NCBI GenBank assembly: GCA_035531955.1
Contig: DATKRZ010000103.1
Location: forward strand, 11,972 to 75,971
DNA from: Acidimicrobiales bacterium
GTDB taxonomy: Bacteria; Actinomycetota; Acidimicrobiia; Acidimicrobiales; RAAP-2
Reading direction: 5' to 3'
Length of the DNA: 64,000 nt
Shown: positions 26,301 to 34,491 of the stretch, piece after piece
Layout of the letters: each line of letters begins with the position of its first letter
How positions within the stretch are numbered: position 1 is the stretch's first letter
The notes under the pieces: model-generated
What the model was told of the DNA's origin: nothing
Databases searched by the model: none
Seen by the model: the letters and a program-made list of their open reading frames with translations, nothing else
Translations under genes and position numbers: made by a program

Positions 26301-27047
26301 CTACCCCTTGAGGACAGCGGCGGCCGCGATCACCGCGTCGGCAAATCCGCGTCGATCGACCGCTGAGAGGAGGCGGTCCACCTCACGGGCGCAGAGATCG
26401 TCGGTGATCGCTTCGGCATCGACCTGGAGGGCCGCAACCCCTGTCCAGTCCGGAAAAGGCTCCGACCAGCCGAAGAACTTCGCCTGACCCGGGCCGTCGC
26501 TGGTGAGGATTGCCTCGAGAGGTGTGAGCCCCACTGCGGTGGTGCCCACCAGGTGCGCGGCACCCCGCCATTCGCGCAGGATCTGGAAGAGCTGGGCTGC
26601 CCGTCCCTCCGTGTCGTCCACCCGGGCCTGGGCCCGCCATCCCGCGAAGAGCGTCAGGGCTGCGCCCTCGGCACCGTCCACCAATCGGTCGGCCAACCTC
26701 ACGAAGGTGGCCAGACCCTCGACGCCTTCCAGGTGGTCCCTCCCCCAGGCCGCGGTCGCCTCCATCATGCGGTCCGCCGCGCCCTGTGGTCCGGCGACGG
26801 CCAGCCCTTCGGCATAGAGATCGGTGAGGACCACCGGATTGAAATAGCCCATGGCCGACGAGATCACGTCGGCGTCTGTCGAGCCGAGGACACCGCCACG
26901 ACCCCCGAAGTAGAAGGCGAACGGGTTCGCCCATCCCCACTCCGCCGCCCGGGCGAACGTCTCGGGGCTGAGGTAGATCGCCGTGCCGATCTCATGGATC
27001 GGATCGGACGTGCTTCGGACCATGTCCAGTGCGCTCAGGTCGTCCAT
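26301..27047 (-). CDS. hypothetical helical protein (reminiscent of SCO6745-type proteins)
   Basis: High third-position GC (GC3) from about 27047 downward. IHEIGTAIYLSPETFARAAEWGWANPFAFYFGGRGGVLG. Start is uncertain (ATG 27047; ATG 27134 possible but codon bias there is poor). Confidence 0.55.
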   Translation of the reverse strand: MDDLSALDMVRSTSDPIHEIGTAIYLSPETFARAAEWGWANPFAFYFGGRGGVLGSTDADVISSAMGYFNPVVLTDLYAEGLAVAGPQGAADRMMEATAAWGRDHLEGVEGLATFVRLADRLVDGAEGAALTLFAGWRAQARVDDTEGRAAQLFQILREWRGAAHLVGTTAVGLTPLEAILTSDGPGQAKFFGWSEPFPDWTGVAALQVDAEAITDDLCAREVDRLLSAVDRRGFADAVIAAAAVLKG

Positions 27048-27315
27048 TGGCGCAATGTACCCCTTCGCACCGACGAGGGCCCGATTGCCGGCTGTGGCAA
27101 CGACACGAAGCGCAGCGGGCATTGCCAGTTGCATTCCGGCCTCGACCGTATGCGCCCGACGCTCGCCAAAGCGGCGACGGTGGACACGCCGATCCAGCCG
27201 TCGCGAGGTATCCTGCGTTTCGTTCATCCAGAGCGACCTGAGGGACCTGGCCCTTTGAAGGTCCGGCAGCCGGCTTCGGCACGGTGCCAATGCCAGGATC
27301 GATGAGGAGGCCGCC

Positions 27316-27891
27316 ATGGCGGATGCCCGGTTCGACCACCACCGACCTGCTCCAGTTGTGCACTATCGAGAGGCCACTGAACAGGATGCAGGTGATATCG
27401 CCGCGCTCCACGCCGACAGTTGGCGGCGCCACTATCGGGGTGCGTACCTGGATTCATACCTTGAGGGCGACGTCGTCGCCGATCGTCTCGAGGTCTGGAC
27501 GGCTCGCCTTGCTCCTCCCCGGCACGACCAATGCACCGTGATCGCCGATGCCGGCGGTGAGGTCGTCGGATTCGCCCACACCGTGTTCGACATCGATCCG
27601 ATATGGGGAGCCCTTCTCGACAATCTGCACGTCAGGAGCCGCTTGAAAGGAACAGGCATCGGCACCCGGTTGTTGTCCCACGCCGCTCTCGGGCTCCTCC
27701 GACATCGGCCATCGGATGCCATCCACCTCTGGGTGCTCGACCAGAACAAGGCGGCGCAGTCCTTCTACGATGCTCGGGGAGGGATCCGGGTCGATAGCCA
27801 GCTCCGTGGGCCGTTCCCCGGGGGTGGAACGGCAATAGGGTACCGGTACTTCTGGCCTGATGCCTCCTCGCTCATCGTGCGGGACGCCTGA
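27316..27891 (+). CDS. GNAT family N-acetyltransferase
   Basis: LHVRSRLKGTGIGTRLL (acetyl-CoA loop) and WVLDQNKAAQSFYDARG. ATG at 27316 after GAGGAGG. Confidence 0.88.
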   Translation: MADARFDHHRPAPVVHYREATEQDAGDIAALHADSWRRHYRGAYLDSYLEGDVVADRLEVWTARLAPPRHDQCTVIADAGGEVVGFAHTVFDIDPIWGALLDNLHVRSRLKGTGIGTRLLSHAALGLLRHRPSDAIHLWVLDQNKAAQSFYDARGGIRVDSQLRGPFPGGGTAIGYRYFWPDASSLIVRDA

Positions 27892-27900
27892 GCCCCGGCT

Positions 27901-27917
27901 GGGCCACCTGGTGGCCC
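27901..27917. terminator. 17-bp perfect palindrome GGGCCACC-T-GGTGGCCC after the GNAT stop
   Basis: Seen directly, 10 nt after TGA (27889-27891). No U-tract; it could equally be a protein-binding site. Confidence 0.25.
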
Positions 27918-28036
27918 TTCGGCGGCATCGGGATTCCGAGAGTCGATGTCTCTCACCGGTGCCCGAGCCCTCTGGCCGACCCGGCAACGGTGACCCTCGA
28001 CACGACACCGACTCCTTCCACGAGTAAGAATGAGGC

Positions 28037-28291
28037 ATGGCACCACATCCAGCCCACTCCACGTGGTCGCTGTGGTCGGAGAATTCGGTCTTGTCGATCG
28101 GCAGTCGCGGATCCTTCATGTCAATCGGCTCGATCGGTTCGGCACTCTCGATCGGCTCGGTCGGGTCGTTCCTCTCAGCCTTCTCGATCGGCTCCTTCGG
28201 CTCGGTCGGGTCGGTGCTCTCGGCCGGCTCCCGATCCTCGGTCATGTCATCGAGGTCGCGCAGGGCGATCATGAAGGCCGGACCGGGATAG
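28037..28291 (+). CDS. 84-aa serine-periodic micro-protein, (Ser-X-X)x23
   Basis: MAPHPAH then STW SLW SEN SVL SIG SRG SFM SIG SIG SAL SIG SVG SFL SAF SIG SFG SVG SVL SAG SRS SVM SSR SRR, then AIMKAGPG. The Ser periodicity holds across TCN and AGT codons. The ORF is cleanly bounded, with a low-GC patch and a TAAGAA -10-like box just upstream. The antisense frame is an alternative (see findings). Confidence 0.5.
   Translation: MAPHPAHSTWSLWSENSVLSIGSRGSFMSIGSIGSALSIGSVGSFLSAFSIGSFGSVGSVLSAGSRSSVMSSRSRRAIMKAGPG
28058..28264. repeat. imperfect 9-bp-periodic tandem repeat (core TCGATCGGC, several exact copies)
   Basis: TCGATCGG recurs at about 28094, 28131, 28149 and 28185, with related TCAATCGGC and TCGGTCGGG units. 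The period is a multiple of 3. Confidence 0.7.
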
Positions 28292-28324
28292 CCCCGACCT
28301 TCGGCCGGCACGACCAAGGGCACT

Positions 28325-28343
28325 CTCAGCCTCCTCGGCTGAG
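28325..28343. terminator. perfect hairpin CTCAGCC-TCCTC-GGCTGAG
   Basis: 7-bp stem, 34 nt after the TAG of the Ser-periodic ORF and followed by TT. On the minus strand the same hairpin would bury an AGGAGG. Confidence 0.3.
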
Positions 28344-28424
28344 TTGCCGGGGGATCGATGACTGCACTTTTCGATGCTTTCCCCGGCCGATCACCGCGGC
28401 CGGCGGCAGCAAGGGAAGACCTCC

Positions 28425-29096
28425 TCAACGGACGGTGAGCACGCGTCCCAGCTGCTTGACCGACATTGGGGGCTGCGCCGGCGGCATATGTCCCGGCCTC
28501 AGGCCATCGAGGGCGAGCTCCAGGAAGCGACGGGAAGTGCCCGGGGCGTCAGCGTCGCAGAGGTCGCCGAGGGCCCGTACCGACATCAGGGTCACCATCA
28601 AATCGGTTGGGACGATGTCGGACCGGACCGTACCCGCCCGCTGGCCGGCCTCGAGGATCCGCCCGATGAGCGGCACCAAGGCGGCCAGAGCCCGGTCAGC
28701 CCCACCCCCGCTCCAGGGTCGCCGCGAGGTGGCGGCCCGCCAACAGCTCGGCGCGTCCACGCAGCGCCGGACGAACTCGAAGGCCCCCTCGCCCGGAGTC
28801 ACCTCGAGGAGGACCTCGTCGGCGATCTGGCGGGTCCGGTCCGTCGCCGCGTCGACCACGGCGGCAAAGAGGTCGGCCTTGTTCGGAAAGCGGCGGTACA
28901 GGGTCCCGATCCCGACCTCGGCCCTGGCGGCGATCTGTTCCATCGACGCCTCGTAGCCGTGCTCGGCGAAGACGTCCCGGGCAGCCAAGAGAATGCGGGC
29001 CAGGTTGAGCTCGGCATCCCGGCGCAGCGACTTGGCCTCGGTCACTCCAGGCACCACCTTTGCGCTTCGGGGACCCACGTCAGTTCTCGGCGACAT
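28425..29096 (-). CDS. TetR family transcriptional regulator
   Basis: LNLARILLAARDVFAEHGYEASMEQIAARAEVGIGTLYRRFPNKADLF. Overlaps the 3' end of the MFS gene by 17 nt. Confidence 0.88.
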   Translation of the reverse strand: MSPRTDVGPRSAKVVPGVTEAKSLRRDAELNLARILLAARDVFAEHGYEASMEQIAARAEVGIGTLYRRFPNKADLFAAVVDAATDRTRQIADEVLLEVTPGEGAFEFVRRCVDAPSCWRAATSRRPWSGGGADRALAALVPLIGRILEAGQRAGTVRSDIVPTDLMVTLMSVRALGDLCDADAPGTSRRFLELALDGLRPGHMPPAQPPMSVKQLGRVLTVR

Positions 29097-30540
29097 AGCC
29101 GATGGCCCCGACGACCACCTCCGCCTCGGCGGTCAGGGCGGGATGAGACTCGCTGAGAACGACCGAGGGCCGGCTGCGAGTCGGGATCATGAGGGCGGCG
29201 ATCGCCGCCACCACCAGTGCCCCGCCGCACACGACGAAAGCCAGCACATAGCCGCCCTCCTTCGGGTAGCCCCGCACCAGCCTCCCGCTCACAATCAGGC
29301 TGGTGGCGACCCCGCTGCCGAGCGCGGCGCCGATATTGCGGATGTTCGTGTTCATACCGGTCGCGACCCCGGTCTGGCTGGGCGGCACGGCCTCGACGAT
29401 CAGGTTCGACATCGAGGCATAGCCAAGCGCCACACCGATTCCCAGCAGACCGGCGGCCACATAGATGTCCCAGGACTCCCCGTGGGCCAGAGCCAGGAAT
29501 CCGTAGCTCGCGGCGGCGAAGAGCGCCCCGAGGATCAAGATTGGCTTGGAGCCGATGGCGACGGTCAGGCGACCGGTCAGCGGGGCGATGACCAGCATGG
29601 CCACGGCGAAGGGAAGGAGGTAGAGGCCCGACTGGGTCACTGAGGCGTCGAACCCGTAACCCACCCGCGCCGGAGTCTGGGCGAACTGGGGCACGGTGAT
29701 GAACATGGCAAACATTCCGAACCCGAACAGCAGAGCGGCCAGGTTCGTGCTCCACACGGCGGGGATCCTCATCATCTTCATGTCGACCATCGGCGTGTCC
29801 GAACGCGTCTCCGAACGGATCCAGCACGGGATCAACACGACGGTGGCGCTGAAGAGCCCGACCACCGAGGCGCTCCCCCATCCCCACAGCGGCCCGTATG
29901 ACAGGGCCAGCAGCCCGGTCACCAGCCAGGCCGACATGATCGATGCACCGAGCCAATTGACCCGACCAGGCGACCGGATCGGTGACTCCGGCACGAACAG
30001 GAACGTCGTCACCGTCGCCCCGACCGACAGGACGAGGGGGATCCAGAACAGCCAGTGGTACGACAGGTGCTCGATGATCGGTCCGGCGAGGACGATCCCG
30101 GTGCCCACGCCCACACCCAGGATGGCCGAGAGCACTCCGATAGCCCCGGCCACCTTCTCGGGGGGGAACTCGTCACGGATGATCCCGAAGGCCAGCGGGA
30201 AGACCGCCCCCCCTGCGCCCTGGACGATCCGGCCGGCCAACATGACCGGGAACGTGGTGGCCAGGGCGCTGATCAGGGTGCCCACCGACAGCGCTACGAG
30301 GACGACGACGATCATCTTCTCCTTGCCGACCATGTCGCCGATCCGCCCGAGGATCGGCGTGGCGATCGCCGCACTGAGCAGGTAGCCCGTCAGGAGCCAG
30401 GTGGCTCCGGAGGTGGTCGTGTGCAGCGTGCGCTCGAGGAGCGGGATCGCCGGAACGATGAGCGACTGCAGGAGGCTGAAGGCCAGGGCCGCCGTCGCCA
30501 GCACGGCGAACGTGGTCACGTGGTGGATGCGCTTCTCCAC
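29080..30540 (-). CDS. MFS transporter (DHA2/EmrB-like drug:H+ antiporter type)
   Basis: 486 aa with many hydrophobic spans. LTGYLLSAAIATPILGRIGDMVGKEKM (MFS motif A-like). GTG start at 30540. Confidence 0.9.
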   Translation of the reverse strand: MEKRIHHVTTFAVLATAALAFSLLQSLIVPAIPLLERTLHTTTSGATWLLTGYLLSAAIATPILGRIGDMVGKEKMIVVVLVALSVGTLISALATTFPVMLAGRIVQGAGGAVFPLAFGIIRDEFPPEKVAGAIGVLSAILGVGVGTGIVLAGPIIEHLSYHWLFWIPLVLSVGATVTTFLFVPESPIRSPGRVNWLGASIMSAWLVTGLLALSYGPLWGWGSASVVGLFSATVVLIPCWIRSETRSDTPMVDMKMMRIPAVWSTNLAALLFGFGMFAMFITVPQFAQTPARVGYGFDASVTQSGLYLLPFAVAMLVIAPLTGRLTVAIGSKPILILGALFAAASYGFLALAHGESWDIYVAAGLLGIGVALGYASMSNLIVEAVPPSQTGVATGMNTNIRNIGAALGSGVATSLIVSGRLVRGYPKEGGYVLAFVVCGGALVVAAIAALMIPTRSRPSVVLSESHPALTAEAEVVVGAIGYVAEN

Positions 30541-30566
30541 GGGCTCTCCCCTGGGCTCCAGATGAG

Positions 30567-30583
30567 CGGAATGAAGGATTCCG
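30567..30583. promoter_or_regulatory. palindrome CGGAAT-GAAGG-ATTCCG upstream of the MFS-TetR operon (candidate TetR operator 1)
   Basis: Seen directly, 27 nt upstream of the MFS start, in a low-GC patch. Confidence 0.45.
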
Positions 30584-30605
30584 ATTGCTCGAAGCTAGCA
30601 GAACC

Positions 30606-30620
30606 GGAACTGAGGGTTCC
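30606..30620. promoter_or_regulatory. palindrome GGAAC-TGAGG-GTTCC (candidate TetR operator 2)
   Basis: Same GGAAY-N5-RTTCC architecture as 30567-30583, with centres about 38 bp apart. Confidence 0.4.
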
Positions 30621-30677
30621 ACTTGTGCAACGGCGGTGGAGGGCTCGGTGATGACGGTCGGAGCGATCGCCCCGAGT

Positions 30678-31961
30678 TCAGTTGTGGCGGATCTCGTCGA
30701 AGGGCTTGTCGCGGTCGGCCGCGTACTCCCTCGGCATGCCCAACACTCGCTCGCTGATGATGTTCCGCTGCATCTCGGTGCTCCCGCCCCCGAGGCTGGT
30801 CCCTTGACGCTGTAGGTAGTGCTCACCCAGGGGCAGGGCTTCATCGCCCATCCAGGCCCCGATGCCGGCGCCGGCGATCTCGAGACCGATGTCGAAGCGG
30901 CGCTCGCTGCTGGTGGCGGCGAACAGCCGGGCCAGTGCGCCCGCAGGGGGCGGGAACGCGCCGGTGCGGATGCCGGTGGTCACCCGCTCGACGAGCTGAC
31001 CTTGGATCCGTTCGTTGATCCGGTCCTCGGCCACCAGCTGGCGGATCCGGGGGTCGCCTTCCTGGCCGGTCGACCGGGCCAAGGCCGCCAGCTCAGATCG
31101 CTGGCCGCCTTGGCCTGCGGCGGCGACCACCGCCCCACTGGCAAAGGGAGAGCCACCACCAACCGCATCGCGCTCGTGGAAGAGCAACCGCGAGGCAACC
31201 GTCCACCCGTCGTTGATGTCCCCCACGACATCGGCCACCGGAATGGGCACGTCATCGAAGAACTCCTGGCAGAACTCGGCCGTCCGGTTGGACATCTTGA
31301 TCTGTCGGACCTCGACCCCGGGCTGATGGATCTTGAGGATGAACATGGTCAGCCCCCGGTGCTTGGGCACACTCCAGTCGGTGCGAGCCAGGCACAAGGA
31401 GTAGTCGGAGCGGAACGCCCCCGAGCTCCAGATCTTCGACCCGTTGAGGACGAAGACGTCGCCGTCCCTGGTCGCCCTGGTCACCAGGCCGGCCAGATCG
31501 GAGCCGCCGCTCGGCTCGGACAGGAACTGGACCCACAGCTCGTCGCCCCGGAGGATGGCGGGGATGTGGCGCAGCTTCTGCTCCTCGGTGCCGAAGTCGA
31601 GGAGGGTCGGCGCCAGGATGGTCAGCGTCGGCACGTTGAACACGGTGGGCATCCGGTACGGTAACGACTCCCGGGTGAAGGCCTGCTGGTGGGCTCGGGA
31701 GAGGCCGAGGCCGCCGTAGGCGGCGGGAAAGCAGATCCCGGCGAACCCGCCGTCGAAGAGGGTCCGCTGCAACTGGCGGGCCAGCGCCCCCGACTCGTCC
31801 TGGCGGGACAGCTGCTGGTTGGTGTACCCCTCGGGGAGGAGCGGCATCGATTCGGCCAGCCACACCCGGGCCCGCTCACGGAAGGAGTCGACGGGCTCCT
31901 GCGAGCCGGTCTCTCCCTCGGCGACCTCGGTACCGTCGTTGTCGCCCCGGTTGAAGCTCAT
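30678..31961 (-). CDS. acyl-CoA dehydrogenase (catalytic-Glu, alpha-like)
   Basis: C-terminal LGGGSTEMQRNIISERVLGMPRE. ATG at 31961 overlaps the upstream stop (ATGA). Confidence 0.9.
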   Translation of the reverse strand: MSFNRGDNDGTEVAEGETGSQEPVDSFRERARVWLAESMPLLPEGYTNQQLSRQDESGALARQLQRTLFDGGFAGICFPAAYGGLGLSRAHQQAFTRESLPYRMPTVFNVPTLTILAPTLLDFGTEEQKLRHIPAILRGDELWVQFLSEPSGGSDLAGLVTRATRDGDVFVLNGSKIWSSGAFRSDYSLCLARTDWSVPKHRGLTMFILKIHQPGVEVRQIKMSNRTAEFCQEFFDDVPIPVADVVGDINDGWTVASRLLFHERDAVGGGSPFASGAVVAAAGQGGQRSELAALARSTGQEGDPRIRQLVAEDRINERIQGQLVERVTTGIRTGAFPPPAGALARLFAATSSERRFDIGLEIAGAGIGAWMGDEALPLGEHYLQRQGTSLGGGSTEMQRNIISERVLGMPREYAADRDKPFDEIRHN

Positions 31962-33100
31962 CCCTCCCCCTTCTCCATCCCCATGGCCACGGCCACCCGC
32001 TCCCGGTGGTCGGCCGGAGTCCCCCACTGGGTACGGTCCACCACCATCCGGCGGAGGTAGAGGTGGAGGTCGTGGTCCCAGGTCACGCCGATGCCGCCAT
32101 GGATCTGCACACAGTCCTGGATGAGGGCTGGGCCCCGCTCGCCGATGTAGGCCTTCGCCACGCTGACCAACTCGGGCGCGTGCTTCGACTCCGAGTCCAC
32201 CGCCCGGGCTGCGGCGTTGGCGGTGGCGTGGGCCGCCTCGAGCCACAGCTTCATGTCGGCGAAGCGGTGCTTCAGCGCCTGGTACGAGTTCAGGGGCCGC
32301 CCGAAGGAGTACCTGTCGGCTGCATACTCCACGGTGAACTCGAACACCCGGTCCAACACTCCTGCCATCTCGGCGCACTGGAGCACCGCTGCCGTCTGCA
32401 GCTGGTGCTCGATGTCGCCGACGGCGCTCCCAGGCGTCCCGAGCGCCGCATCGTCGGCCAGCCGCACCTCGTCGAATCGGACCTCGGCGAAGCGCCTCAC
32501 CAGATCGAGGCTGTGTGCCGGCTCGACCGTCAGCCCCGGCGCATCCGACGGCACCACGAACTGGGCGACCCCATGGGGGGTCCCGGCTGTCACCAGATAG
32601 AGGTCGGTGCGGGCCGCCGCCTCCACGGGGCCGACGGCGCCGTCGAGGACCGCGCCGTCCTCCCGGACGTCAGCCCGAACCTGCCCACCGGGCGCGATCC
32701 CGGCCGCCGGCGCACCCAGGCACCAGGCGGCCACCGAGTCGCCGCTCATCAGGCCGGGGAGGAATTCCATTCGCTGGGCGGGCGTACCCGATCGGACCAA
32801 TGCCTCTGCCACCACGTTGGTCTGCGCCAACGGACCCGGCGAGACCAACCGGCCCATCTCCTCGGCCACCAGGACCAGGTCGAGCAGCCCGTGACCCGAG
32901 ACGCTGCCTCCTCCGTCGTCCTCGGGGACCAGCAGCGATGTCCAGCCCAACTCGGCGCCTCTCCTCCACCAGGCCGCGTCGAAACCTTCCGGCTCGACAT
33001 CCGCCAGCCGGCGGACGGCCTCCAGGGGCACGGTGCTCTCCAGGAACTTCCGGGTCGTCTCCTGAAGCAGCTGCTGTTCGTCGGTGATGCGCAGGTCCAC
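31958..33100 (-). CDS. acyl-CoA dehydrogenase-fold protein (no catalytic-Glu motif, beta-like)
   Basis: VDLRITDEQQLLQETTRKF N-terminus (GTG at 33100). The C-terminus IHGGIGVTWDHDLHLYLRRMVVDRTQWG lacks GG(T/S)xE. Confidence 0.85.
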   Translation of the reverse strand: MDLRITDEQQLLQETTRKFLESTVPLEAVRRLADVEPEGFDAAWWRRGAELGWTSLLVPEDDGGGSVSGHGLLDLVLVAEEMGRLVSPGPLAQTNVVAEALVRSGTPAQRMEFLPGLMSGDSVAAWCLGAPAAGIAPGGQVRADVREDGAVLDGAVGPVEAAARTDLYLVTAGTPHGVAQFVVPSDAPGLTVEPAHSLDLVRRFAEVRFDEVRLADDAALGTPGSAVGDIEHQLQTAAVLQCAEMAGVLDRVFEFTVEYAADRYSFGRPLNSYQALKHRFADMKLWLEAAHATANAAARAVDSESKHAPELVSVAKAYIGERGPALIQDCVQIHGGIGVTWDHDLHLYLRRMVVDRTQWGTPADHRERVAVAMGMEKGEG

Positions 33101-33107
33101 CCGGGCC

Positions 33108-34310
33108 CTACCCGCTCGAGCCGTCTGCGTTGAAGACCAGCGGCAGCTTCTCGATCTGGCGCAGACCCGCCTGGTAGACCAGTTCGGCCCCGGGGGCGAG
33201 CGAGTAGTCGGGAATCCGTTGGTGCCACTCGCGCAGCGCGATGCGAAGCTCCAAGCGGGCCAGGTGGGACCCGAGGCAGCGGTGGATCCCGCCACCGAAG
33301 GCGAGGTGCTTGTTCGGGTTGCGCTCGAGATCCACGGTGAAGGCGTCGGGCAACGCCTCCTCGTCGATGTTGGCGGCGCCGATCATGATCCCGACGGTGG
33401 AGCCCTTCGAGATCGGGCAACCGTCGAGCTCGAGGTCGGAGGTCGTCGTTCGGGACACGGTGGTGACCGGTGACTCCCATCGCAGGAGCTCTTCCACCGT
33501 CGAGGGGATGAGCGACGGGTCGTCCACGATCCGGCGCCGTTGGTCGGGATGCTGGGCCAGGTAGGCGAAGAAGCACTCGAGGCTGTCGGTCACCGTGTCG
33601 AGGCCGGCGAGGATGAACAAAAAGCAGATCCCCACGATCTCGTCGACCGTGAGCCGTTGGCCCTCGACTTCGGCGCCGAGGAAGAGGCTCAAAAGGTCGT
33701 CCTGTTCCCCGGGGCTCGTCTGGCGTCCGCGCACGATCTCGGCGAAGTACTCCTCGATCTGGCGGGCCGCCGCCTTCTGGCTGGCCTGGATCTCGACGAG
33801 GTCCGAGCCGGATGGCCGGAGGATCCCGTCCTTCATGGTCAAGAACAGGTCGAGCTGGGACAGCGGGAGGCCCACCAGTCGCAGGAACACCGATGACGGC
33901 AGGGGTACCGCCAGCTCGTCGGCGAACTCACACTCGCCCCGGCCGATGAACCCGTCGATACGCTCATTGACCAGCCGGGCGATGTCCGGCTCGAGCAGGT
34001 TCATCTGGCGGGGAGCGAATATCGGATCGAGGAGCCGGCGATACTTCCGGTGGTCCGGAGGGTCCACCTGCAGGGGGATCAGCGGCACCGACTGGCCCAG
34101 CTCGACCGCCTCCATTGCCGAGGAGAATTCCTCTGGATGCTGGAGGGCGTATTCCACCGCCGACCGGCGGACGACCTGGGGTCCGAACGTGCCCGCGACC
34201 ACCGTTCCGGCGGCTTGCGCCCGGCGGTAGAAGGGCTGCGGATTGGCGCTCACGTCCGGGTCCATGAACCCTTCCGGCTCGAAGGCCCCAGACTCCTCAG
34301 CCTGCGACAT
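33108..34310 (-). CDS. cytochrome P450
   Basis: Heme loop FGGGIHRCLGSHLA; EELLRWESP. ATG at 34310 after GGGAGG. Confidence 0.92.
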   Translation of the reverse strand: MSQAEESGAFEPEGFMDPDVSANPQPFYRRAQAAGTVVAGTFGPQVVRRSAVEYALQHPEEFSSAMEAVELGQSVPLIPLQVDPPDHRKYRRLLDPIFAPRQMNLLEPDIARLVNERIDGFIGRGECEFADELAVPLPSSVFLRLVGLPLSQLDLFLTMKDGILRPSGSDLVEIQASQKAAARQIEEYFAEIVRGRQTSPGEQDDLLSLFLGAEVEGQRLTVDEIVGICFLFILAGLDTVTDSLECFFAYLAQHPDQRRRIVDDPSLIPSTVEELLRWESPVTTVSRTTTSDLELDGCPISKGSTVGIMIGAANIDEEALPDAFTVDLERNPNKHLAFGGGIHRCLGSHLARLELRIALREWHQRIPDYSLAPGAELVYQAGLRQIEKLPLVFNADGSSG

Positions 34311-34491
34311 GGCTTACCTCCCTGGCCGCGTCCCGGCGGGTCGGAGCCGAGGGGCCCCGAGGTGAGAATCGGCTTTTCGCTCACAGTACCCCAAGGCGCA
34401 TCCGCCTTCAGGTTTCCGACGGTCCGGCCCTCCGGATGGCCCGGACCCAGGCCCGGCAACGGCAGCGCCGACCCTTCCTACCCCTCGGCGC

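Noticed and set aside
28058-28264. CRISPR-like or minisatellite interpretation of the 28.1-kb repeat
   Set aside because: The period is 9 bp with no spacers, no cas genes are present, and the repeat lies inside an open reading frame on both strands. It is a coding triad repeat, not a CRISPR array.
27454-28428. 324-aa minus-strand ORF encoding the acidic (x-x-D/E) EP-rich repeat, with a well-spaced AGGAGG-GTG at 28323
   Set aside because: It is not chosen as the primary call. It has no stop before running through a 17-bp palindrome and the entire convergent GNAT gene. Its codon bias collapses after about 28060. Its acidic periodicity breaks exactly where the plus frame keeps Ser by switching to an AGT codon. 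It is kept as the explicit alternative in the finding.
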